A model generated the notes under the pieces. The model ran no database searches, had not been told where the DNA came from, and saw only the letters and a program-made list of their open reading frames with translations. The position numbers were made by a program, and so were the translations under genes. From a virus, in IMG/VR virus record IMGVR_UViG_3300037153_000606: 64,000 nucleotides of DNA; one strand, written 5' to 3'. Below are positions 9,696 to 19,444 of the stretch, in pieces (the first letter of the stretch is position 1; each line of letters begins with the position of its first letter).

Positions 9696-11213
9696 GTGAC
9701 CAGTGGCGTCAACTTCTCGGCGGGCTATGTCCCGCCCGGTGTCTACGTCTCCACCAAGTCCACCGGCTCGACCGGCGTGGTCGGGGTCGGCGACACCGTC
9801 GTCTGCCTGGTGGGACGGGGAATCGGCTATCAGACCTACACCGAGTCGATCAACTTCGGCAGCGGCGACAACGTCACCCTGGACAACCTGGGCATCGACC
9901 CCACTTCGGTGGTGGTGACCAGCTCGGGCGCGGCACAGACGCCGTACACGCCGGATGAGCCGAGCCTGCCGCACGACTACTCGGTCAGCCAGAGCCAGGA
10001 ACCGGACCTGCAGGACCGCAGCACGGTCATCACTCGCACGCCGAGCGGGGAGATCCCCACCAACGTCAACCTGCTGGTGCGTTACAACTACACCAGCGAG
10101 GCCTACAACGCGCTGCACAGCTTCACCGACTACGCCACGTTCGTCTCGGTGTACGGCCCGGCTCTGGACCCGGTGACCGGCGCGATCGTCAGCCCGCTCA
10201 CCCTGGCCGCTCAGATCGCGTTCCAGAACGGCGCGAACGTGCTCTACGCGGTCGCCCTGGACACCACCAGCGGCCTGTCGCTGCCCGACCAGTTCGCGGC
10301 GGCCTATGCACTGACCATCCCGAACTACGACATCAACATCATGGTGCCGCTGTTCGAGGACGCCATGGACGCGGGGTCTGCCAAGACCGAGATCGCCGCC
10401 CTGTCCTCGTTCCTGAACAGCGCCGAATCCAACGGCTTCCCCCGCATCGCGATCGTCGGCCCGGCGGCGGGATTCGTCGGCGATCCGGGCGAGGTTGCCA
10501 CCGACACGGCCTACCGGCGTGTCGTGTGGACCTGGCCGCAGGGGTTCCTGTTCTTCAACCCGGTGCGCACGGTCAACGGCACGGTGACCGTGGACGGCTT
10601 CTATGCGGCAGCCGGGGCGGCCGGGTACCTGGCCAACAATGACCCGAACCAGGGTCTGACCCAGGCGCAGCTGCGCAGCTTCTCGGGGATGCCGGTGAGC
10701 ATCCTGTCCGCGATCGCCGACCCGACCAAGAAGAACATCTGGTCCTCCTCCGGGGTGGCCGTGTTCGAGATGAACCGGATCAACCAGATCATCTGCCGCC
10801 ACGGGGTGACCACCGACGTGTCCAACGTCGGTACCCGGGAGATCTCCATCGTGCGGTGCCAGGACGCGCTGTTCGTGGAGATCGAGCTGACCCTGGTGGA
10901 GGCCAACCTGATCGGCACCCCGATCACGGCGAACACCCCGCTGATGGTCAAGTCCCTGGTCACCGGTGCGCTGGAGTCGGCGCTGGCCAACTACACCATC
11001 GCCTCCTACGACTCGGTGGTGGTCAACCAGCAGGCACTCCCCACCGGCGACCCGACGGTGATCGAGGTCAGCTTCAACTACCAGCCCACCTACCCGCTGG
11101 ACTACATCACCGTCACCTTCACCCTGGACCTGTCCACCGGCAACATCTCCAGCCCGATCACCGACACGGCCGGTTCCGGCGGCAGCAGCAGCGCGCTGCA
11201 GGTCGCGGGCTGA
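9696..11213 (+). CDS. tail sheath protein
   Basis: YVPPGVYV N-terminus; RHGVTTD..REISIVR..D; YQPTYPLDYITVTF C-terminus. Confidence 0.92.
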   Translation: MTSGVNFSAGYVPPGVYVSTKSTGSTGVVGVGDTVVCLVGRGIGYQTYTESINFGSGDNVTLDNLGIDPTSVVVTSSGAAQTPYTPDEPSLPHDYSVSQSQEPDLQDRSTVITRTPSGEIPTNVNLLVRYNYTSEAYNALHSFTDYATFVSVYGPALDPVTGAIVSPLTLAAQIAFQNGANVLYAVALDTTSGLSLPDQFAAAYALTIPNYDINIMVPLFEDAMDAGSAKTEIAALSSFLNSAESNGFPRIAIVGPAAGFVGDPGEVATDTAYRRVVWTWPQGFLFFNPVRTVNGTVTVDGFYAAAGAAGYLANNDPNQGLTQAQLRSFSGMPVSILSAIADPTKKNIWSSSGVAVFEMNRINQIICRHGVTTDVSNVGTREISIVRCQDALFVEIELTLVEANLIGTPITANTPLMVKSLVTGALESALANYTIASYDSVVVNQQALPTGDPTVIEVSFNYQPTYPLDYITVTFTLDLSTGNISSPITDTAGSGGSSSALQVAG

Positions 11214-11229
11214 GAAGGGAGCCTGAGCG

Positions 11230-11721
11230 ATGCCCAGTCCGAAGGTGCGGGTGGTCGGCAGCGGCTACTCGACGTTCACCTATGCCGGTCAGATCATCGC
11301 CTTCTTGGAGCAGGTCGACGACTCCGGACAGCGGGCTTTCTCCGACGCGGGCGCACCGTACCAGTTCATCCAGCCGATCGGGGCGATGCACCCGACCGAG
11401 ATCGCCACCAGCCGGGTACTGCAGGGCGGCACCCTGAACCTGACCATCCGCGAGCTGTGGAACACCTACGTCTGGGAGCAGCTGGCCAACCTGACCGGCA
11501 CCCGCAACATCGTCGACATCTTCAACCGGCTCGCCGCGCAGAACACCTATGTGACCTGCCAGATGGTGATCCGGCCGCCCACCGGCTCCGGCAAGCCGCG
11601 CGGCAAAAACTACCACAACTGCACCATCGTCGACATCGGCGACAACGACACGATCACCGTCGGTGCACTCGCGGTCACCAAGGGCATCGTGGTCGCTTAC
11701 ACGCACACGAGCGCGCTATGA
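11230..11721 (+). CDS. tail tube protein
   Basis: 163 aa directly after the sheath; GGTL.L.IRELW, YHNC.I motifs. Confidence 0.8.
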   Translation: MPSPKVRVVGSGYSTFTYAGQIIAFLEQVDDSGQRAFSDAGAPYQFIQPIGAMHPTEIATSRVLQGGTLNLTIRELWNTYVWEQLANLTGTRNIVDIFNRLAAQNTYVTCQMVIRPPTGSGKPRGKNYHNCTIVDIGDNDTITVGALAVTKGIVVAYTHTSAL

Positions 11722-12251
11722 CCACCGGGCCGAACGAGGCGGACCTGTTGCCGGTGGATGCACAGGCCACGTTCGGCCCGTCGTTCGTGCTTCCCATCAC
11801 CCCGGAGACCGAACCGGAGGAAGGCCCTTTCGACGACGTCGACACCGAGCTGGACCCGAAGATCCGGGAGGATTTCATCGGGCTCACCTATCTGGGCAAG
11901 CTGGAGGAGACGTGTCGGGTTGCTGGGCACACCTTCCTGTTGCGCACCCCGTCCCAGGTGGACCGGCTGGAGATGGGGCCGCTGCACAAGCCGTATCTGA
12001 ACACGGTCACCACCGAGGCAGCGTGGCGGCAGCTCACCGTGGCCGCCTATTTGCGCCGCATCGACTCGCAGGTCGCGCCCGACCCGCTCTCCCCGTCGAT
12101 CACCGCGCTGCGCGTCCGATTGGACTGGGTGCGCGAGAACATCTATTCCGAGCAGGTCGTCGACCGGCTCTACGACGAGTGCCTGCTGCTCGACTCGCGG
12201 GTGCGCGACGTCATCGAAGCCCTGGACGGCCAGGGGGAACCCTCGGCCTGA
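11718..12251 (+). CDS. tail assembly chaperone (G-like)
   Basis: ATGA overlap with the tube gene; lies between tube and tape measure; slippery site near the 3' end. Confidence 0.75.
   Translation: MTTGPNEADLLPVDAQATFGPSFVLPITPETEPEEGPFDDVDTELDPKIREDFIGLTYLGKLEETCRVAGHTFLLRTPSQVDRLEMGPLHKPYLNTVTTEAAWRQLTVAAYLRRIDSQVAPDPLSPSITALRVRLDWVRENIYSEQVVDRLYDECLLLDSRVRDVIEALDGQGEPSA
12233..12239 (+). other. programmed -1 frameshift site GGGGGAA
   Basis: CAG GGG GAA in frame; the -1 frame is open to 12661. Confidence 0.7.
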
Positions 12252-12259
12252 CCGGAGCG

Positions 12260-12661
12260 ATGGACCCCTGGGTCACCACCCAGATCCGGCTGGCCGAACG
12301 ACAGGGTCTGCTCACCGGCTCCGTACTGAGCCCGGTGCAGCTCAAGGCCGTGCTGTTGTGCGAGACGATGGACCTGGTACGCGCCACGAACCGGTCCGAA
12401 CGGGAGCTGCGCCAGGCGATGCTGGCCACTGGCCGCTGGGAGTTCGCCGACCTGTTCCCGGAGTACGTCCCGGCGACCGATTCCGAGGAGGCGGTGCAGG
12501 CCGACCTGGAGTCCGAGGACCAGGTGGTCTACTACTTCCCCGCCCCGGGCGACCCGAACTTCGACCCGAAAGAGGCGCAGCGGCTGCTCGACGAACTGGT
12601 CAGGGGCAACTCCTCCGGCAACGTGTCGGCGGCCGAGCTGAACGGGCACGAACATGCCTAG
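12260..12661 (+). CDS. tail assembly chaperone extension (T-like; likely made as an 11718-12661 frameshift fusion)
   Basis: -1 frame relative to the upstream chaperone; also has its own GGAG-ATG. Confidence 0.7.
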   Translation: MDPWVTTQIRLAERQGLLTGSVLSPVQLKAVLLCETMDLVRATNRSERELRQAMLATGRWEFADLFPEYVPATDSEEAVQADLESEDQVVYYFPAPGDPNFDPKEAQRLLDELVRGNSSGNVSAAELNGHEHA

Positions 12662-15101
12662 GCGCAACTCGGTCGGCGCGCTGACCCAGCAGATCCGTGA
12701 GTCGTTCACCGAACTGAAGACGGCGGCGGACATGCTCAGCCAGGCCGCCTCGGCCAGCCAGAATACCGCCGCCGACATGGCCAAGGCATCCAAGGAGAAC
12801 AAGGCCTCGATCGATGACCTGGTCAATACGCTCAGTGCGATGGCGGGCATGCCGGGCCAGTATGGCCCCACCATCGGCGGTACCCGCACTCCCGGATACG
12901 CGTTCGGCCGGACTCCCGGCGTGGGTGGTTATCAGACGCCGCGTCCTTCTTCATGGCCCGGTGGGCATTACCCCGGTGGCGCGTCCTACGGGATGGGTGT
13001 TCAGGGTGGTCCCGGCCTTCCGGCCCGCCGCCCGCAGAACCTCAGCGAGGTGCGCGGTTGGGCGGCCCAGGCGATCCACCAGCGCTTCGGCACCGGCGGG
13101 CTGACCTACGAGCGCACCGGGGGCAAGACCGCCAGTGGCGAGGACGAGTACCGGGTCAGTGGGCCGGGGATACGTGAGGGCGGTTTCACCGGTTCTGCTG
13201 AGCAGGTATCCCAGCACGCGGCTGGACAGAGATCCGGTATCGGGGGAGCGGTCACACGTGGTTTCGCCTCGCGTATGGCCGGAGGGATGCTCGGTGGCGA
13301 AGGGGCGCTCGGAGGTGTGCTCGGGGCGTCACGGGCCATCCCCTTCGTCGGTGAGGCGCTCATGGCCGCTGAGGCGGTGTACAAGGGCGCGCAGTTCATC
13401 GGCAACCAGCGGCAGGCCAACGCTGCCTACCAGGGCATCTACGACCAGTCGAACATGGCCGGGATGGGCCAGCGCTTCCTGCAGGAGGGCTACAAGCTCA
13501 GTCAGATCTTCTCCGGCGGCCTCACCGGTGCGCAGGCCGACCAGGCGTTCAAGGCCGTCTCGGCGATGGGTTATCAGGGCGGGGCCCGACAGCAGCGGCT
13601 GGACTTCGTCCAGTCCAACTACAAATCGATGGGCATGTCGGTCCAGGACTCGATGCAACTCATCAGCATCGCCAGCCAGTCGCTCACCACGTCGCTGCAG
13701 GGGCTGCATTCCGAGCTGCAGGGCGTCTCGGACATCGCCAAGCAGACCGGCCAGAACGCCCAGGTGTTGCGCCAGTCGCTGACCCAGAACCTGGCGCTCG
13801 CCACCAACGCCGGGTATGGCCAGGCGGCCGGGCCGCTCGCCGAGGCGATGACCGCCTCCACCACCGGGCTGGGCCGCATGTACGCGGGCACCTCGATGGG
13901 CGGGATGGTCAACAGCCTGCAGCAGCAGACCATCACCGCGATCTACGGCGGGTACGCCGGTGCTGGGCAGCTGGCGCTCGCCACCCAGACCAACCCGCTG
14001 GCCCCGGCCATGGCCGCGCAGGCGCGGGTCAACGCCACCCTGGACTCGCTGCTGCCGAGCAACGTGACGCAGGCGGTGAAACAGCAGATCCAGGCGGCCG
14101 GAGGGCCGAAGGCGATCACCAGCAGCAGTAACGGCGACGTCATCGCCCGGCGGATCGGGCTGGACACCATCGCGGGCAGCGGCGTGGACGCGATGTCGAT
14201 CTACAACACGCTGCAGGCGCAGGGCATCACACCGCCCCAGGACACCGGGGCGCTGTACGGATACGTGGTCTCCTTGATCGCCAAGCAGATGAGTGGCGGA
14301 ATGACCACGGACACCGCCAAGCGGGTGGCGGCCGGAGACGTGCAGACCGGCGGCCAGGCCCAGAAGTCGATCTCCAAGGCCAACCAGACCGAACCGGTGG
14401 TGCCTAAGGGGCAAACCGGCGGACAGGCCAGCAATCCGAACAGCATCGGAGCCGCCACCACGCTCACCACGCTCGCGGCGGGCACCACGACGGGCGGGGA
14501 GAGCACCTTCGACCCGGTGATCCAGGCGGCCGAGAAGGACATCGGCCGGGGCGGTTTCGTGCAGGTGACCACGGGCACCGGCCAACGGGTGGTCACCCTC
14601 TCCGAGGCGGCCAAGAGCTACCGCGACCAGTTGGTCAGCGGTACCGCGATCATCGTCGGTGCGGAGAAGGGCAAGAAGACCGAGAACGCGGGCAAGACCT
14701 TCGGCGAGGCCTACGGCACGGAGAGCCTCGGGTCGAAGATGTACGGCATCTCCACCAAGTCCAAGACCGGTCCGGCGGGCGGTGCGCTGGGCAGTCAGGG
14801 CAGCGCGATCATGAAGCTCGGACTTTCCGATACCGACCTGACCAAGGTGGCGCAGAAGTACGCCCAGGGGGGCGACAAGGGGCTGCTGAAGTACGCCCAG
14901 GGGCTGCAGAAGGACGAGGCCAAGCAGAACGCCACCGACAAGAAGACCAATGCCGAGATCAAGCTGTACATGACCCCGGAGTTGTCCCGGTGGCTCGGCG
15001 TGGACACCACCGACAACGTCACCAAGGTGAACTCCTCGGCCAACTCCGGAGCGCCGTTGGATTCCACCACTAACTACGGCGCATCCACCCCGCTGGGATA
15101 G
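12654..15101 (+). CDS. tape measure protein
   Basis: 815 aa, A/G/Q-rich and helical, following the chaperones. Confidence 0.8.
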   Translation: MPRRNSVGALTQQIRESFTELKTAADMLSQAASASQNTAADMAKASKENKASIDDLVNTLSAMAGMPGQYGPTIGGTRTPGYAFGRTPGVGGYQTPRPSSWPGGHYPGGASYGMGVQGGPGLPARRPQNLSEVRGWAAQAIHQRFGTGGLTYERTGGKTASGEDEYRVSGPGIREGGFTGSAEQVSQHAAGQRSGIGGAVTRGFASRMAGGMLGGEGALGGVLGASRAIPFVGEALMAAEAVYKGAQFIGNQRQANAAYQGIYDQSNMAGMGQRFLQEGYKLSQIFSGGLTGAQADQAFKAVSAMGYQGGARQQRLDFVQSNYKSMGMSVQDSMQLISIASQSLTTSLQGLHSELQGVSDIAKQTGQNAQVLRQSLTQNLALATNAGYGQAAGPLAEAMTASTTGLGRMYAGTSMGGMVNSLQQQTITAIYGGYAGAGQLALATQTNPLAPAMAAQARVNATLDSLLPSNVTQAVKQQIQAAGGPKAITSSSNGDVIARRIGLDTIAGSGVDAMSIYNTLQAQGITPPQDTGALYGYVVSLIAKQMSGGMTTDTAKRVAAGDVQTGGQAQKSISKANQTEPVVPKGQTGGQASNPNSIGAATTLTTLAAGTTTGGESTFDPVIQAAEKDIGRGGFVQVTTGTGQRVVTLSEAAKSYRDQLVSGTAIIVGAEKGKKTENAGKTFGEAYGTESLGSKMYGISTKSKTGPAGGALGSQGSAIMKLGLSDTDLTKVAQKYAQGGDKGLLKYAQGLQKDEAKQNATDKKTNAEIKLYMTPELSRWLGVDTTDNVTKVNSSANSGAPLDSTTNYGASTPLG

Positions 15102-15104
15102 CTG

Positions 15105-15878
15105 ATGGCCGCCGCATCCTGCCAACTGGGCGACCTGCGCTGGCGGGTGAATCCGACCAACATCAGCTGGAACTACCAGCTGGACACCGCCGTGATCGAG
15201 ACGCTGGGCGGTCAGGTGGTGCAGATCCTCGGGGCGACCTTGGGTGATCTGACCATCTCCGGCGACTTCGGCCAGAAGTGGATCTCGGCCACCGGCAAGG
15301 GCAGCAGCGCGGACTCCTGGGAACTGGCCAACGCGTTCCACACCAAGATCAAGGGGATGATGGACGCCCAGTCCTCCATCCCGTTCATCAAGGGTTCCGG
15401 GGCCGGGCGCACGGTCAAGGCCGAACAGGCCTTCGTGCACAAGCCGTATGCGTTCACCTACTCCGACGACCTGCACACCTGGAACTTCAAGGTGCTGATC
15501 AAGGCCATCGCGGACGCCGACGGCGACGGCAGTTCGATCAGCTACTCCAACGGCAAGTACAACCAGCGCTACCAGCTCACCCTGTTCATCGTGCAGGCCG
15601 ACTCCGACGTGGTGAAGACGATCGCCTCGGACGCGTTCATCGCCCGCATCGCGAAGGGCATCGGATGGCGCAAGTCGGGCGGCTTCCACGGTTCGGTGAC
15701 CGCCCAGCAGGCCCAGGACATCATCCTGGCCAATGGCGGCACGATCAGCCAGATGCTGGCCCAGACCCTGGGCGGGCAGCCGATCAAGATCCCGGCCAGT
15801 ACCACTCCGCCGACGTCGAGTCGTAAGTCGGCGTCCGATTCGAGTAGAGGGGTCGGACGCGGTGTACGGGCCATCTAG
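15105..15878 (+). CDS. baseplate/tail-tube initiator-like protein
   Basis: VNP.NISW.Y....ETLGGQVVQ..G..L.ISG.FG, directly after the tape measure. Confidence 0.65.
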   Translation: MAAASCQLGDLRWRVNPTNISWNYQLDTAVIETLGGQVVQILGATLGDLTISGDFGQKWISATGKGSSADSWELANAFHTKIKGMMDAQSSIPFIKGSGAGRTVKAEQAFVHKPYAFTYSDDLHTWNFKVLIKAIADADGDGSSISYSNGKYNQRYQLTLFIVQADSDVVKTIASDAFIARIAKGIGWRKSGGFHGSVTAQQAQDIILANGGTISQMLAQTLGGQPIKIPASTTPPTSSRKSASDSSRGVGRGVRAI

Positions 15879-15887
15879 GAGGAACCG

Positions 15888-16085
15888 ATGACCAACCCGC
15901 TGGTCAACACCTGGGGGTGCGATGTGCCGGTGAGCATGCCCGAGCCGGTCGAGTTCGATCCCGACGTCGCCGCCGACATGGGTAGTCATGTGTTCACGCC
16001 GGACGGGCTGCGGATCGCGTTGAACAAGGCCACCCTGCAGGAGACGTTCGCGCCGACTTACGCACCGCCGTCGAGGGTTCGATGA
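15888..16085 (+). CDS. small hypothetical protein (65 aa)
   Basis: AGGAGG RBS; ATGA overlap. Confidence 0.7.
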   Translation: MTNPLVNTWGCDVPVSMPEPVEFDPDVAADMGSHVFTPDGLRIALNKATLQETFAPTYAPPSRVR

Positions 16086-16810
16086 GCAACGCAGTCACCG
16101 GCGTCACGGGCAACCCGTCACTCGCGATCGCGCCGATCTCACCTAAAGGGCACCGGGGCGGCAACGCCAACATGGCGCTGACCTACACCTACCAGGGCGT
16201 CTACTACAGCGCGATGGTGCGCTGCACCAAACTCGCGATCAGTTACTCGCTCAACTCCGAGGAGAGCCATTCCCGCCAGACCAAGGCGTTCTACCCGCAC
16301 CGGCGCGCGCAAGGCCAGTTCGCCATCACCCTGGCTCTGGTCGGCTGGAATGAGTACTCCCAGGCGATGGGATGGTTCACCCGGTTCGCCCGGCAGGCGC
16401 TCGCCATGTCCAGCAACGACCCGGCGCTGTGGGTGGAGGTGTCGATGCCGTCCCGCAAGTTCACCCGCTGGGGGATCCCTACCACCGGGATGAACTTCGG
16501 TGATCACACGGCCTCGATGGTCTTCTCGCCGACCATCACCTTCATCTCGGTGCGTGACCCGAACGACCCATCCACGGCGATCCTGTCTGGTCGCGCCAAC
16601 CAGATCTCCCGGCAGAGCAATGCCGGGATCGACCCGCTCGCAGTGAGCTTTTTTTATCCCTCGTCGGCGGTCAACACGCCCGGCAAGCTCGATGAGAGCC
16701 TGTACGGCCCGACCGGGGCGCTACCGGCACTGCCCACAGATCAGGCCCAGCAACAAGTCTCGCCGAGCAGCCCGTCCCAGGGCATCGGGCGGGGCGTGTA
16801 CGAGGAGTAA
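16082..16810 (+). CDS. baseplate-region protein
   Basis: Coupled ORF with good codon bias. Confidence 0.7.
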   Translation: MSNAVTGVTGNPSLAIAPISPKGHRGGNANMALTYTYQGVYYSAMVRCTKLAISYSLNSEESHSRQTKAFYPHRRAQGQFAITLALVGWNEYSQAMGWFTRFARQALAMSSNDPALWVEVSMPSRKFTRWGIPTTGMNFGDHTASMVFSPTITFISVRDPNDPSTAILSGRANQISRQSNAGIDPLAVSFFYPSSAVNTPGKLDESLYGPTGALPALPTDQAQQQVSPSSPSQGIGRGVYEE

Positions 16811-16816
16811 TCGATC

Positions 16817-19444
16817 TTGGCCACGCTCATTTACACTCCGGCAATTAGGGCGCACATCGCGCCCAGCAAGGGCGGCATCATCGACATCAGCGAGGACTTG
16901 GTGTCCTGGACGCTGATCCTGCGCGAGAACGCCCCGCACACCTTCACCTTCAAGCTGCAGAACAGCCAGCGCAAGTACGACGGGACGTTCCTGCCGATGG
17001 ACCGGATCTCCATCGGCCTGAAGCGGATCAACTGGCTGCAGTGCTTCACCGGCTATCTCAACGATTCGCCGATCTTCCAGGCGTGGCCGGGCACCCTGGA
17101 CCTGACCGCCACCTGCACCCTCAAGGTGCCGTTGTTCTACTACTGGGACCCGAACACCAAAGAAGGCATCGCGCTGATCACGAAGTCGCTGGCCAAGATG
17201 AAATCGCCGGACCAGGTGGTGGGCGACCGGGGCCTGTCCGGGCTGATCGTGGATTCGCTGACCCAGGTGGTGAAGTGGCCGCAGAAGCGCATCCACATCG
17301 GCCAGGTGCCCAACACCTGGCTCAAGATCGCCACCAAAGTGGGCCAGCAGATCGAGGAGGACACGGCGGTCTACGAGAAGCTCGGCGTCGGCTACACGAT
17401 CAACGGCACCTCCTCCGACGCGGCGGTGAACATCCCGGTGGGTGGCAATCTGAACGCCACTCAGGCCAAGCGTGCCTCGCAGATCTACAGCGCCCTGATC
17501 GGGCCGCTGAAGATCACCGACACGCCGCTGCAGGTGATGACGTTCATGTGCGCGCTGGTCGAGTCCGGACTGAAGATGTACGCCAACTCCAACAACCCGG
17601 AGTCGATGAAGATCGACCATGACGCGGTCGGCTCGGACCACGGGTCGGTCGGGCTGTACCAGCAGCAGGTCGGCGGCGCGCCGAACTCGACAGCGGACTG
17701 GGGAACCACCCAGGAGCTGATGGACCCAGTTACTTCGACGAAGAAGTTCACCGACCGGCTCAAGAGTGCGGTCAAGGGCGCGCAGTACAACCCGCAGGGA
17801 CTGTCGGACGAATCCCAATGGGGGGCCTACGTCCAAACGGTGCAGGGCTCGGCCTATCCGGACCGCTACCAGGAGCAGCTGGGGGCGGCGAAGGCGATCG
17901 TGGCCAGTGCACAGAAGGTGACGTCAACCTCCGGAACGGGTGCGGCAGCGTCCACGCCGTTCGGCACCTCCGACATCGGCACCTCCGACGTGGCCGAGTC
18001 CACCGGCAACCAGGTTGCCAAAGTGGCCTCGAACTTGATCCAGACGCACGCCGCGTCCAAGAAGTGGATCATCTATGTGCTCGGCGGTGACGATCCGGAC
18101 CACACCGACATCGGCGCGGTGACCAAACTGGACTGTTCTTCGCTGGTGGATTGGGTGTACTACCACTCCACCGGCGGTAAGCACCTATTCGCTTCCGGTG
18201 GCGGGCGTTCGAATGTGGGGTCGATCCTGAACACCTGCCAACGGCTCAACCGCACCATTCCCGTCGACTTGGCCGCGTACGTGCGCGGTGCAGTGCTCAT
18301 TCACGGGCCCAACGAACACATCGGTGTGTCGCTGGGCAACGGTGCCGACCACGTGGCCGCACATTGCCCCTACCCGGATCCGTCCAAGGACGTCGACATC
18401 TCTCCGATCGCCGGGAACGGGTTCACCATCGGCGGACTATTGCCGGACGTCGACTACTCCGGGTCGGCCACCACCCAGGCCGCCGCCAATCAGCTCAAGT
18501 CGATCATGAAGTACTCGAATGTCACGGTTGCACCGAAGGATCTCTCGCTAGTGCCCGATCCGTCCCAGACCAGTGCCGGGGTGTCTGACCCGACTTCCGG
18601 CCAGGTCGACCCGTTCCAGTCGCTGGTCAACGGCATCTACTTCAACGGGCAGAACGCCAACACCCTGGGCTCGTTGTTCGGCGGCCCGATCATGATGATG
18701 AACACCCAGCCGTTCCTGCCGTGGTTGCAGAACCTGGTGGCCAGCTCGATGCGCTCGTTCTGCTCGGCCCCGAACGGCGACTTCATCGCCTGGTTCCCGG
18801 ACTATTTCGGGCTGTGGAAGACCGCCGCGATCATGAACATTGAGCCGATCGAGCTGCAGAACTTCGCGGTCTACTGGTCCGACCAGCAGATCGTCACGCA
18901 CCAGTACGTGATCGGCAACATCGGGGAGTCCGCGTTCGACCCGGCTTCCGGGGGACTGGGCTGGATGAACGACACCGTCACCGACCTCGCCGCGCTGGCG
19001 CGGGGCAGCTCCGGGGTGGCCACCATGGACTACCCGGAGATCTTCGAGGTGATCTACAACGACAAGAGCAAGGGGGCCGACTCGGGCTTCATCCAGGCGT
19101 TCTTGCAACGCTTCGGGGCCCGCCCGCACACCGACCAGATGCCCAATATCGCCAAGGGCAAGGCAGAGTTCTTCTACGCGCTGTACCGCTTCATGCAGAG
19201 CTGGGCCGGGCAGTTCACCGCCACGATGCCGACCACCTTCATGCCCGAGGTATTCCCCGGGATGCTGGTGCGGATCCCGGACTACGGGTTCCAGGCCTAC
19301 GTGCAGGGCGTGCAGCACCAGGGCGTGTACGGGCAGGGCGGCGGCTTCACCACCCAGATCTCGATCTGCGCCCCGTCCACCATCGGCACCAAGAACAACA
19401 ACACCATGCTGGCGTGGTTGCCGAATGCGGCGGCGAGTTTGTAA
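16817..19444 (+). CDS. baseplate hub protein with inserted lysozyme-like and NlpC/P60 peptidoglycan hydrolase domains
   Basis: ALVESGL..S.GLYQQ..WGT..LMDP..VQGSAYPDRY (lysozyme-like); LDCSSLV.WVY..HIGV..H (NlpC/P60); hub-like C-terminus MPEVFPGM.VRI..YV.GVQH. Confidence 0.8.
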   Translation: MATLIYTPAIRAHIAPSKGGIIDISEDLVSWTLILRENAPHTFTFKLQNSQRKYDGTFLPMDRISIGLKRINWLQCFTGYLNDSPIFQAWPGTLDLTATCTLKVPLFYYWDPNTKEGIALITKSLAKMKSPDQVVGDRGLSGLIVDSLTQVVKWPQKRIHIGQVPNTWLKIATKVGQQIEEDTAVYEKLGVGYTINGTSSDAAVNIPVGGNLNATQAKRASQIYSALIGPLKITDTPLQVMTFMCALVESGLKMYANSNNPESMKIDHDAVGSDHGSVGLYQQQVGGAPNSTADWGTTQELMDPVTSTKKFTDRLKSAVKGAQYNPQGLSDESQWGAYVQTVQGSAYPDRYQEQLGAAKAIVASAQKVTSTSGTGAAASTPFGTSDIGTSDVAESTGNQVAKVASNLIQTHAASKKWIIYVLGGDDPDHTDIGAVTKLDCSSLVDWVYYHSTGGKHLFASGGGRSNVGSILNTCQRLNRTIPVDLAAYVRGAVLIHGPNEHIGVSLGNGADHVAAHCPYPDPSKDVDISPIAGNGFTIGGLLPDVDYSGSATTQAAANQLKSIMKYSNVTVAPKDLSLVPDPSQTSAGVSDPTSGQVDPFQSLVNGIYFNGQNANTLGSLFGGPIMMMNTQPFLPWLQNLVASSMRSFCSAPNGDFIAWFPDYFGLWKTAAIMNIEPIELQNFAVYWSDQQIVTHQYVIGNIGESAFDPASGGLGWMNDTVTDLAALARGSSGVATMDYPEIFEVIYNDKSKGADSGFIQAFLQRFGARPHTDQMPNIAKGKAEFFYALYRFMQSWAGQFTATMPTTFMPEVFPGMLVRIPDYGFQAYVQGVQHQGVYGQGGGFTTQISICAPSTIGTKNNNTMLAWLPNAAASL

